NCBI GenBank assembly: GCA_963771075.1
Contig: CAVYSE010000011.1
Coordinates: 384,001 to 448,000 of the forward strand
Length of the DNA: 64,000 bases
Source of the DNA: a candidate division FCPU426 bacterium
Lineage (GTDB): Bacteria; Oederibacteriota; Muellerivitia; Muellerivitales; Muellerivitaceae
Direction: 5' to 3'
The stretch's first letter is position 1. Every line of letters starts with the position of its first letter. Position numbers and translations under genes: made by a program. Below are positions 48,107 to 57,152 of this stretch, piece after piece. The notes under the pieces are model-generated. The model was not told the DNA's origin and searched no databases. It was given only the letters and a program-made list of their open reading frames with translations.

Positions 48107-48122
48107 TCTTTAGGAGTGTTAA

Positions 48123-48884
48123 GTGCCCGAAGCGCAGATATCCATCGAGGTCCAGGAACTCTTCAAGAACATGGGGCCCAACCACGCCATCGAGGGCGTG
48201 AGTCTCACCCTGGAACCGGGGCTTTTGCACGGCCTGATCGGCCCCGAGGGTTCGGGCAAAACCACCCTCTTGCGCCACCTCATCGGGCTTTTGAAGTCGG
48301 ACAAGGGCCAGGTGATCTATAAAGAAAACGGGAAGGTCGTGCCGCTGGAGGACGTCCGGTCCCGCATGGCCTATATGCCCCAAATGCAAAGCCTTTACGC
48401 GGACCTTTCCATCGGGGAACACCTGGATTTTTTTCGGGAGCTCTACCAGATCCCGGCCCGAACCTACATCGAACGGCGCAAGGAATTGCTCCAGGTCACA
48501 CGGCTGGGTCCCTTCGTGGAAAGGCCCGCGGGCCAGCTCTCCGGCGGCATGTACAAGAAACTGGGCCTGATGTGCGCCCTGCTCCAGTCCCCTAACCTGG
48601 TGCTGTTGGATGAGCCGACCACGGGGGTGGACCCCATCAGCCGGAGGGAATTCTGGGAAATGCTCTACCGCCTTCGGGCGGAGGGCATCCTCATCGTCAT
48701 CACCACCGCCTACATGGACGAGGCCGAGAGATGCGACCGGGTGCATTTGATGGAGCGGGGAAAGCTCCTGGCCACCGGGGAACCCAAGGAGATCCTGGCC
48801 CGGGAGCAGGTTGAAAGTTTCGAGAAGCTTTTCCTCAAATACGACACCCACAAATTGACCAATCCCCTGGAGGCGTTCTCGTGA
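48123..48884 (+). CDS. ABC transporter ATP-binding protein
   Basis: GPEGSGKTT, LSGGM, LLDEPTTGVDP. Confidence 0.93.
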   Translation: MPEAQISIEVQELFKNMGPNHAIEGVSLTLEPGLLHGLIGPEGSGKTTLLRHLIGLLKSDKGQVIYKENGKVVPLEDVRSRMAYMPQMQSLYADLSIGEHLDFFRELYQIPARTYIERRKELLQVTRLGPFVERPAGQLSGGMYKKLGLMCALLQSPNLVLLDEPTTGVDPISRREFWEMLYRLRAEGILIVITTAYMDEAERCDRVHLMERGKLLATGEPKEILAREQVESFEKLFLKYDTHKLTNPLEAFS

Positions 48885-49818
48885 GCGCGCTCGAACAGGG
48901 AAAGGGCTACTCGGTCGAGGTGAAAAACCTCACGGTGAAGTTCGGGTCATTCACCGCCGTGGATAGCATTTCCTTTTTCGTGCACCCGGGCGAGATCTTC
49001 GGCTTTCTCGGCGCGAACGGGGCGGGCAAAACCACCACCATCCGGGTGCTCTGCGGCCTGTTGGAACCCTCCTCGGGGGATGTCCGGGTCGCGGGGCTGG
49101 ATCCCAGACAGGGGCTTTCACCCATCAAGGCCAAGGTGGGCTATATGTCCCAGAAATTCACCCTTTACCCGGATATGTCGGTGGATGAGAACCTGGAATT
49201 CGCCGCCGCCCTGCACAAGACGCCTAAGGATGTTTTCCTGAAGCGCAAGAAGGAAGGGCTGGAGATCATCGGCTTCCGGCCGGAAGGCCGCCAGCTGGTG
49301 CGGGAACTTTCCGGCGGCACCAAGCAGGAGGTGTCCCTGGTGGCTTCGCTCTTCACGACCCGGAGATCCTGTTCCTGGACGAGCCCACGGCGGGGGTTTC
49401 GCCCGTCTCTCGCAGCCGGTTCTGGTCCATCATCCGGGACCTGTCCCGGCGGGGAAAAACGGTCTTCGTCACGACCCACTACATGGACGAGGCCGAGAAT
49501 TGCGGGCGGATCGCCCTCATGAGGGACGGGAAGATCGTGGCGCTGGACAGCCCGGATTCCTTGAAGAAAAACACCTTCCCCGAGCCTCTTTTCGAGCTAA
49601 CCCCCCGGGATAAGGATCATCTCGATTGGCTGGAAACCCTGCGCCAGAGCGGGTCCATCCTCTCGGTAAAGCCCTATGGCATGAGGTACCACGCCATTGT
49701 GAGCGATGAAGGGAAGTGGAACGAGGTCAGCTCCCGGATGTCGGCCGACTTCAAGGCCTGGCCCATCCAGCCCTCGCTGGAGGATGTGTTCATCCGTGTG
49801 GTGGAGGGGGTTCGATGA
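48881..49818 (+). CDS. ABC transporter ATP-binding protein (frameshift near 49351)
   Basis: GANGAGKTT, LSGG; adding one C restores LLHDPEILFLDEPTAG and joins the 49483 ORF. Confidence 0.88.
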
Positions 49819-50935
49819 AAGACCCCGTCAATCTCCGGCGCGCCTATTCCATCGGCTTCAAGGAAGTGCGGCACATTTGGCGGGATCCCTTCACCCTGAG
49901 CCTGGCCCTGGGGCTTCCGCTCCTGATGGTGCTTTTTTTCGGCCTGGCCATGGATTTCAACGTGCATGACATCCACCTGACGGCCTACGACAGGACCACA
50001 GCCGCTCCTCCCGCCAGCTCTTGGAAACCTTTGAGAGTTCGGGCTATTTCCAGCCCCATTTAAAACCCCTGGCAGGCGACGTCACCGAACCCCTGCAGGC
50101 CAACCAGGCCAAGGCGGTGCTGGTGATCCCACCCCGTTTCGGCCGCTACGTGGTTTCCCGCATGGATTCCCCCGTGCAGGTCCTGATCGATGGCACGGAT
50201 AATTCCACGGCCGGGGTCATCGGGGGCTACATGGACGGCATCCAGGCCGCGGCCAACCTGCGGCTTGCCAATACCGTGGTGAATCCCCTGGTCACCCTCA
50301 AGCCCCGCTACCTCTTCAACCCGGAGCTGAACAGCCGGTGGTTCACCGTGCCGGGGCTGGCCACGGTGGTGCTGGCCATCATTTCCATCCTTTTGACGGC
50401 CATGACCGTGGCCCGGGAATGGGAGAACGGCTCCATGGAACTTCTGCTCTCTACCCCCGTGCACCCGGTGGAAATCATCCTGGGCAAGCTGGCCCCCTAC
50501 GTGGTGCTGGGTCTGACCGCCCAGGCCCTCATCTATCTCCTCGCCCGATTCTATTTCGGCATCCCCTTCATGGGAAGCCACCTGCTTTTCATCCTGGGGA
50601 CCTTCCTGTTCGTCGCTTCCTACATGGCCCTGGGGCTGCTGATCTCGGTCACCACGCGCCAGCAGATATTGGCCATGCAGTTTTCCATGATGATGGGCAT
50701 GCTTCCCAATATCCTGCTCTCCGGGTTCATCTTCCCCATCGAGAACATGCCGACGTTCTTCCAATGGCTGACGGCCCTCTTCCCGGCCCGATGGTTCGTG
50801 CTGGTGATCCGGGGATGCTTCCTGAGGGGGTCCGACCTGAACCAACTGGCGGTGCCCCTCACGGTCCTGCTCTTCATGGCGGTCTTTTTCGTGACGATGG
50901 CCGTGCGCAAGTTCAAGAAGGACGTGGAACCGTGA
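49815..50935 (+). CDS. ABC-2 permease (frameshift near 49991)
   Basis: KEVRHIWRDP; adding one C restores YDQDHS and joins the 50021 ORF (FNPEL, AREWENGSME.L). Confidence 0.88.
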
Positions 50936-50940
50936 AAAGA

Positions 50941-51013
50941 CAGTTAACAGCTCACAGTTCGCAGTTGGCAGGTAAGGCTTGGCTGCGGTCTGCGAACTGC
51001 CATCCGCCAACTG
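50941..51013. repeat. Heptamer-periodic inverted repeat
   Basis: CAGTTAA CAGCTCA CAGTTCG CAGTTGG CAG ... CTGCGGT CTGCGAA CTGCCAT CCGCCAA CTG. Confidence 0.7.
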
Positions 51014-51029
51014 CCTTTCGAGGTGTTGA

Positions 51030-52163
51030 ATGAAACTGAACCCCACCGTCATGGGTTTTTTCAAGAAGGAACTGGTGCAGACTCTGCGCGACAAGCGCAT
51101 GCGCATCATGCTCTTCGTCATGCCGGTCATTCAGATGACGGTCTTCGGGGTGGCCATTTCCACCGAGACCCGCAACATCAAACTGGCGGCCATCTATCAG
51201 CCCAACGACTTCTTGTGCCGCCGGGTGGTGGAGAGGTGTTACAGCTCGAAGTGGTTCATCCCGGCCAAGAACCTGGATGGGAACGATCCTTTTAAATGGA
51301 TCCAATCGGGAAAAGCTGATGTGGTGATGATCGCCCCGGAAAAGGGCCTCACCCGGGGCGTGGGGCGAGCCCTTCAACCAGGCTCAGGGGAGGGCGGTGC
51401 CAACCTGCAGCTTCTGATCGATTCCAGCAACATCACCAAGGCCCAGGCCGTCGAAAGCTACACCCAGGCCACCTTGAGCCAGGTCCTGACCGAGGCTTTC
51501 CCTCAGAAGAACCAAAGTCCGCCGGTGAGGTTCGTGGCCCGCTACCTCTACAACCCGGAAATGGTGACCTCGGTCTTCATGGTCCCGAGCGTCCTTTGCA
51601 TGATTTTGCTGATGGTGACCATGATCCTTTCCTCATCCTCCATGGCCAGGGAAAAGGAAATGGGCACCCTGGAAACCCTGCTTTCGTCCCCCGCCACCAC
51701 CACCGAAATCATGCTGGGCAAGTCGCTCCCCTTCGTTCTTCTGGGGATGATCGAGTTCCCGCTGGTGATCGCCGTAGCGATCTTTGGGTTCGGCGTTCCC
51801 ATGAGGGGTTCGTTCTTCCTTTTAATGGGTTGCGCCCTCGTTTTTATGTGCAACGCCGTGGCTTTTGGGATACTGCTCTCCACCTTCGTGAAAAACCTGC
51901 AACAGTCGGCGATGGCGGGTTTCCTGTTCATCTTCCCGGCCATCCAGCTTTCAGGCGTGCTGTATCCAGTGGAGAACATGCCTTGGCTTTTAAAGTATTG
52001 CGCTTACCTGGACCCGATCATGTATTTCGTGAACCTGTTAAGGAATATCATGCTCAAGGGCGGGGATTTTCAGGTGGTAGCCTTCAACGCAGGAGCTTTG
52101 TTCGTTATGGGCGTCATCGCCATCGGGATCGCTTCCCGCCGGTTCCACCAGACATTGAATTGA
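51030..52163 (+). CDS. ABC-2 permease
   Basis: KELVQTLRD, YNP, AREKEMGTLE.L, P.ENMP. Confidence 0.92.
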   Translation: MKLNPTVMGFFKKELVQTLRDKRMRIMLFVMPVIQMTVFGVAISTETRNIKLAAIYQPNDFLCRRVVERCYSSKWFIPAKNLDGNDPFKWIQSGKADVVMIAPEKGLTRGVGRALQPGSGEGGANLQLLIDSSNITKAQAVESYTQATLSQVLTEAFPQKNQSPPVRFVARYLYNPEMVTSVFMVPSVLCMILLMVTMILSSSSMAREKEMGTLETLLSSPATTTEIMLGKSLPFVLLGMIEFPLVIAVAIFGFGVPMRGSFFLLMGCALVFMCNAVAFGILLSTFVKNLQQSAMAGFLFIFPAIQLSGVLYPVENMPWLLKYCAYLDPIMYFVNLLRNIMLKGGDFQVVAFNAGALFVMGVIAIGIASRRFHQTLN

Positions 52164-52305
52164 TCAATTGAAAACAGAACGATAAGACCGAATTACACCT
52201 AAGGTGTCATTTTCAATAAATATGAACTTTTTTCACCCCCCCTTTTTCCAAAACAAAAGGGTTTTCAAAGACTCCTATCTCGAATAATTCTTTTAGCGCG
52301 TCCAT

Positions 52306-52332
52306 TAAAGTTTCCTGCCAAAGTGCCGTTAT
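52306..52332 (+). promoter_or_regulatory. sigma28 (FliA)-type promoter
   Basis: TAAAGTTT-N11-GCCGTTAT versus consensus TAAAGTTT-N11-GCCGATAA. Confidence 0.65.
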
Positions 52333-52367
52333 AAGTACTAGGGAGTTTTGAGGGCTTTGGGGGAAAA

Positions 52368-52691
52368 ATGGACTCATTATCAATCAATTCAGCGATGATC
52401 AATTCACTGGAACAAACCATCGACCAGATCGTCAAACAGGAACTGGCCGCCAACAAACCGAACCCCGCCCAGATCCAGGCCCGGCAAAAGGCCCTCGACT
52501 TTAACCTGGAAATGAGCCGGGTTTCGAGCGAGATGGAGCAGGCCCAACGGCAGATGGTAAGCGCCGATTCCCAGTTGACCCCCGACGCCAAACAAAGGTA
52601 CGTCTATTGGAAGACCCAGATGGCCCTTTTGGAAAGCCAAAAACCCCTGACCTATGATCCGCAAACCGATCCCCAAACCATGAGCCTTTAA
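52368..52691 (+). CDS. Hypothetical helical protein
   Basis: 107-aa ORF with GGGGA upstream and a sigma28-like promoter; no recognisable motif. Confidence 0.7.
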   Translation: MDSLSINSAMINSLEQTIDQIVKQELAANKPNPAQIQARQKALDFNLEMSRVSSEMEQAQRQMVSADSQLTPDAKQRYVYWKTQMALLESQKPLTYDPQTDPQTMSL

Positions 52692-52918
52692 CCCTTTTGG
52701 ATAGGGACCGCCCCCGCCCATAACGAAGTTTCCTATTTAAATAAGCTGTAACCTCTAAAAAAGTCGGCTTACGCCGCCTTTTTTAGCAAGTCTTATGAGT
52801 AACCCCACGATTTTCTGCGGAAATCTTTGGGGTCGAGACCTCTGATTGTCGCTTTATTGAAGTTTTTCAGAGGTCTCAAGCCTTTTCTTTCTGGTCCTCC
52901 CTAATAGCTTCCATTAAA

Positions 52919-52946
52919 GTAACTTAAATGCCGCTTGTTCCCTATA
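52919..52946 (+). promoter_or_regulatory. Autoregulatory ECF promoter
   Basis: GTAACT-N16-CCTATA directly before the ECF gene. Confidence 0.7.
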
Positions 52947-52967
52947 AATGTTCAGGAGCCAAGGCCT

Positions 52968-53531
52968 TTGGACTTCCAAGACGACCAATGGCAGGTTTGG
53001 ACCGCCTTGATGAAAAAAACCCAAGAAGGCGACCGGGAGGCTTACGAGCGTTTATTGGTGGGAATTAGCCCCCTGGTTTTCAATTACGTCCGAAAAAGGG
53101 TCTTTAATCCCCAGCACGTGGATGACATCTACCAGGAGGTGCTTTTAACCTTTCATAAGGCCAAACACACCTACCGGACGGACCTGCCCTTTTCGCCCTG
53201 GTTCTTCGCGGTCATCCGGAACGCCATCTGGGCCGCCTTGCAGAAGAACCGAAAGATCGCCCAGCGGGAATTTCCCCTGGAGGATTACCCTGAGATCGCC
53301 GTCCTTGAAACGGCCGAGGGGGGCGTGGATGACCGGCTTCACAAGGCTTTGGCATCCCTCCCGGCAGGCAACCGGCAGGCGGTGGAAATGCTCAAGTTCA
53401 GGGGCATGAGCGTGGAGGACGCGGCGAGGGAACTGGGCATCTCCAAGATCGCCCTCAAGGTGAGGGCCCACCGGGGCTATGCCCTTTTACGGAAGTTTTT
53501 GAAGGAACAACAGGATAAAGAGAATGAGTGA
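52968..53531 (+). CDS. ECF RNA polymerase sigma factor (SigF/ECF16-like)
   Basis: GDREAYERLL, DDIYQEVLL..H...HTY....PF.PWFFA..RN, K.RAHRG; TTG start after AGGAG. Confidence 0.92.
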   Translation: MDFQDDQWQVWTALMKKTQEGDREAYERLLVGISPLVFNYVRKRVFNPQHVDDIYQEVLLTFHKAKHTYRTDLPFSPWFFAVIRNAIWAALQKNRKIAQREFPLEDYPEIAVLETAEGGVDDRLHKALASLPAGNRQAVEMLKFRGMSVEDAARELGISKIALKVRAHRGYALLRKFLKEQQDKENE

Positions 53532-54216
53532 ATCCCAATCCCATACGATGGGCCCCACCCTCAGCGAGGCGCAAAGACGCCTTGTGGATCAGCTCGTGGC
53601 GGATCACAAACCCACCCCGCCCGCGCCTTCGGTCCTGCGCCAATGGCTGATCTGGCTGGTGTTTTCCCTGTTGGCGGTGGCCATCACCTTAAGCTTGATC
53701 GGCCCCCAGTTCGAGATCTGGGAAAGGCTCTCCGAGATATCCTCGGGCGGGTTCTTGGCCCTGGCTTTCGCGCTTTCAGCCTTCGCGGCATGGATGGGCA
53801 TCGCCTCGAGCATGCCGAACCACCGGGCCCATTGGGCGCCCCAAGCTTTCGCTGGGGTTTTGACCCTTTTTCTTTTCAGCATGCCCTTTATTTTCTTCCA
53901 ACCGGATTCCTTCGCCCAGGTGTGGGCCTTGAACCTGGAAGACGGTTGGTTTTGCGTGAGGACGGTGATCCTGGTGGCCCTGCCGACCTGGCTTTTACTG
54001 GGTTGGATGGCGTCCCGCAACGCGTCGTTCCACCCCGGATGGACCGGGGCTTGGCTGGGCGCGTCGGCTTTTTTGCTGGGGGCGGGAACCATCCAGCTTC
54101 ATTGCGCCCATTGGGAAACCTGCCATATGCTCGTGGACCATCTTATGCCGATGCTGGTCCTGATCTTCCTGCCGATTTGGATAGGGACCTATTGGTTTTC
54201 GAGGTGGAAGAAGTAG
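53524..54216 (+). CDS. NrsF/DUF1109-type membrane anti-sigma factor
   Basis: Overlaps the sigma stop; L.DQLVAD..P N-terminus, about 6 TM helices, two Cys (WFC, LHC) and a downstream His. Confidence 0.82.
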   Translation: MSESQSHTMGPTLSEAQRRLVDQLVADHKPTPPAPSVLRQWLIWLVFSLLAVAITLSLIGPQFEIWERLSEISSGGFLALAFALSAFAAWMGIASSMPNHRAHWAPQAFAGVLTLFLFSMPFIFFQPDSFAQVWALNLEDGWFCVRTVILVALPTWLLLGWMASRNASFHPGWTGAWLGASAFLLGAGTIQLHCAHWETCHMLVDHLMPMLVLIFLPIWIGTYWFSRWKK

Positions 54217-54219
54217 CTG

Positions 54220-55161
54220 TTAGTCTTGCGGTTTGATTAAATCCACATTCTTGCTGTCGACCACGATGGGGGTGAGTAACACCGCTTTCACAGTGGTTTC
54301 CCCGTTGGGCATTTCCGTAAACTGGCATTCAAACTGTTTGGCTTTGCGGGCCAACTTGGCCGAAAGATAGGCGGTTTCCTCGGCCAGCTTTTTGGGCGAG
54401 AGGAAAACCGTGATGGATTGTTTACCCGACTGGATTCGGCCCCAGGTGTCCCTGTCATCGCCCATTCCGGCGACAGCGGCAAATCCCGCCGCTTTTCTAA
54501 CCTCAACCGCTTCCCCCGCCAAGGCCGAATTGGAAGCCAAAATCGCATTAATGTTTGGGTCCGCGAGGGTATCCCGGTCCCTTGGGGTCAGGGTGGAGGA
54601 AGGATTCAGGGAAGAGGTGATCTGGATATCCCCCTTGTCGATGGAGGGTTGAAGGACCTTCATTTGGCCCTGGCGTAATTCCTTCTCGAATCCGCTTGAA
54701 GAACCTTCCCCCAAAAGGACGTAACGCCCTTTCGGTGCCAATTTCAGTAAGGACTGTGCCTGCAATTCACCCGCTTTTTCCCGGTTCAAGGCGATGAGGT
54801 AATCCAATCCGCAATTGGGGATGGGACTCCCCAAGGCGAGGACCTTGATCCCCGCATGATGGGCGGTTTCCACAAGGGGTACGGCTTTGGATGGGTCGCA
54901 GGGGATGATCACCAAGGCCTGGACGCCTTGTTGGATCAGGTCCCGGGCCTGGGTTTCCTGGACCGCCGGGTTCCCCTTCGCGTCCATGATAAGAAGGTCC
55001 GCTTCGTTGTCTTCCATCGATTCCTTCACCTCTTGGAGGAATACCTCCCGGCCCCTGCTGTCATCGAGCGAAAGGCCGATCTTCACCCGGGGCTCGTGAT
55101 GGCCCCAGCCGGTCAGGGAAAGAGCGACGACGCAAATAAAAGGGGTCAGAAACCACCGCAT
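54220..55161 (-). CDS. Orphan XylF-like periplasmic sugar-binding protein
   Basis: KIGLS, Q..Q...LI.QGV..LVI.P, G..QA..L, GQMKVL.P.ID.G.I, VLLTP..V. Confidence 0.8.
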   Translation of the reverse strand: MRWFLTPFICVVALSLTGWGHHEPRVKIGLSLDDSRGREVFLQEVKESMEDNEADLLIMDAKGNPAVQETQARDLIQQGVQALVIIPCDPSKAVPLVETAHHAGIKVLALGSPIPNCGLDYLIALNREKAGELQAQSLLKLAPKGRYVLLGEGSSSGFEKELRQGQMKVLQPSIDKGDIQITSSLNPSSTLTPRDRDTLADPNINAILASNSALAGEAVEVRKAAGFAAVAGMGDDRDTWGRIQSGKQSITVFLSPKKLAEETAYLSAKLARKAKQFECQFTEMPNGETTVKAVLLTPIVVDSKNVDLIKPQD

Positions 55162-55288
55162 GGAAACCTCAAGATAAAAAGGGATTGGATGCCGGCCATT
55201 AATTATAAGAAGGGCGGGGGATGGGTTTCAGGGAAAAAGGGTTCTGCGCCGGGTTGCGAAGGCAAACAATCAGCGCTAAAGTTTGGGC

Positions 55289-56047
55289 GTGAAAAGACCC
55301 TTTCTATTAGGCCCATTCCTCTTTTTCCTCATTTGCCTGGCCTGGCGACCCCTTTTCCTTCAAGCCCAGGAAGCAGATCCGGGCCTGATCCGCGCTTTGA
55401 ACACCGACTCCGCCTCGGTAGAGAACGCCTATTACCTGTGGGCCACGGTCGATAACGACTCCTCACCCTATCATTGGCTCTACCTGTACGGGGAAGGGGT
55501 CTTCGGACTGAACAAGGACTGGGGAATCGAATTGGACTTCCCGACTTTGGAAGATATCGATCCCCTGGGAACCTATCCCCTGGGGTTGGGGCCGGTCGGT
55601 TTGAACTTAAGGTATGAGGCCTATCGCTTCGGCAGTTGGAACAGCGAGACGGCGGGAGTGATTTCCTTTCAGGCGGGAGGGGCCTATGGACCGCCCAACC
55701 GCACCTACCGTTATATCGGAAGCAGTTGGACCCTAAAGGTTTTGGCTGGTTACAGGGTGGGAAAACTTTTCGCCCAGGGAAACTATGCTTTCCAGGGTGG
55801 CATCGACCCCCAATCCCTAAGCATGGCATCGGCTAATACGAGTTTGGGCTATGGCCTCGGTTCCAATTGGTATATCCAGGCGGAGGGGAATTTCTACGCC
55901 GTGACCGCCCCCTTCCATGATTCTTCCTGGACCTTTGTTCCCCAGCTTGCCTTTCAACCGGGGGACTGGCTGTTTGAGTTCGGGGAAGCTTTCAATGACG
56001 ATAATCCCACCGGAACCACTGAAATCTTAGCCGCCCGAACCTTTTAG
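55289..56047 (+). CDS. Putative outer-membrane beta-barrel protein
   Basis: Signal peptide, aromatic/Gly-rich alternating strands, terminal Phe. Confidence 0.65.
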   Translation: MKRPFLLGPFLFFLICLAWRPLFLQAQEADPGLIRALNTDSASVENAYYLWATVDNDSSPYHWLYLYGEGVFGLNKDWGIELDFPTLEDIDPLGTYPLGLGPVGLNLRYEAYRFGSWNSETAGVISFQAGGAYGPPNRTYRYIGSSWTLKVLAGYRVGKLFAQGNYAFQGGIDPQSLSMASANTSLGYGLGSNWYIQAEGNFYAVTAPFHDSSWTFVPQLAFQPGDWLFEFGEAFNDDNPTGTTEILAARTF

Positions 56048-56138
56048 CCCATTCCTTACCCGTCCCAAAGCGCCATAGCCCTTTATTTAACAGGGAAAAA
56101 GGGTCTTTCCGACCCTTTCGGAAATTTGACCTGATCCT

Positions 56139-56166
56139 GTAACCGCTTGGTCCCCCATCCCCTATT
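56139..56166 (+). promoter_or_regulatory. ECF promoter
   Basis: GTAACC-N16-CCTATT. Confidence 0.75.
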
Positions 56167-56200
56167 CATAAGAAATCCTTATATCGGTTGGGGGAGAAAC

Positions 56201-57021
56201 ATGAAAAAATTATTATTGGGTTTGATCCTGGCGTCGTTTGTTTTAACCGCATTAGCTTGTTCGCATAATTCCTATACCACGCCCTCAACGCCCAATTATA
56301 CGAACCCGACCAACACGCCTACTCCGGGCACTCCAACCAATACCCCGACGATTACCTCAACCCCTACGGTGACCCAATCGCCGACCATCACGGTCTCCCC
56401 GACCCAAACCACCTCGCCCACACCGACCAGCACCTTGACCCTTTCCTTTACTCCCACGGCCAGCTCAAGCCCTACCAATACATCATCGCCGACTTCCACC
56501 GCGACGATCACCCTGACCATGACCCCCACCCCCACTTCCACCCCGACGGATACGGCCACGATCACCGATAGCCCCACCGAAACCCTTTCTCCCACCCCGA
56601 CCTTGACATCTTCCTGGACCCCCACGGAAACATCCACGAACACCCCCACCTCGACCCGACGCCCACCGCCACTCCGACCACCGTGTCTTTCTCCACCACC
56701 CTATACCCCATCGTTTCCGCGAACTGTTTCAGCTGTCACGCCAACGGCTCGGCTTCGGGCGGGATGAACCTGGGCAATCCCGCCAGCGCATCCACCGTTT
56801 ACGCCACATGGGTTGGCACGGGTTCGGGCGGCACCGCCAGCACCACCAATAACTGCGGAATCGCCGATTACATCCTTCCCGGAAACCCAAGTTCCAGCCT
56901 GGTCCTCCAGAAATTGAACGGTTCCTGCTCACCCCAAATGCCCGACGGAGGACCCTTCCTCACTTCCGACCAGATCGCCGAGTTCACGAATTGGATCAAC
57001 GCGGGGGCGCCCAATAATTAG
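56201..57021 (+). CDS. Lipoprotein: Thr/Pro stalk plus monoheme cytochrome c (frameshift at 56655-56657)
   Basis: Lipobox ALAC; adding one C joins the TxT linker to the CFSCH...PGNP..SL..QKL...QMP...WI.AGA domain (planctomycete-type cytochrome c pattern). Confidence 0.82.
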
Positions 57022-57070
57022 TTTTCGGGCAAAAAGTCATTCGGCATTGGGATGATTTCCCTGAACTTTT

Positions 57071-57098
57071 GTAACCGCGCCCAGGCCTGAACCCAATT
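57071..57098 (+). promoter_or_regulatory. ECF promoter
   Basis: GTAACC-N16-CCAATT. Confidence 0.7.
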
Positions 57099-57152
57099 CG
57101 ATCGAGCAAGCCTTGTATCGGATTCTATCTGAGGTTTTTCTTGGAGGTGGTC

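Noticed and set aside
9727..50000. Long antisense or alternate-frame ORFs (e.g. 9727-10401, 11112-12794, 24755-26221, 29383-30333, 43850-45040)
   Set aside because: Shadows of well-supported genes on the other strand, expected with high GC3; no motifs of their own.
48881..50935. ABC exporter as a decayed pseudogene cluster or programmed frameshift
   Set aside because: Only single-base losses with no slippery heptamer and no other decay; the same error type recurs in unrelated genes.
6734..51013. Short periodic repeats as CRISPR arrays
   Set aside because: Units are 7-9 nt and degenerate, arranged as inverted arms without unique spacers; no cas genes.
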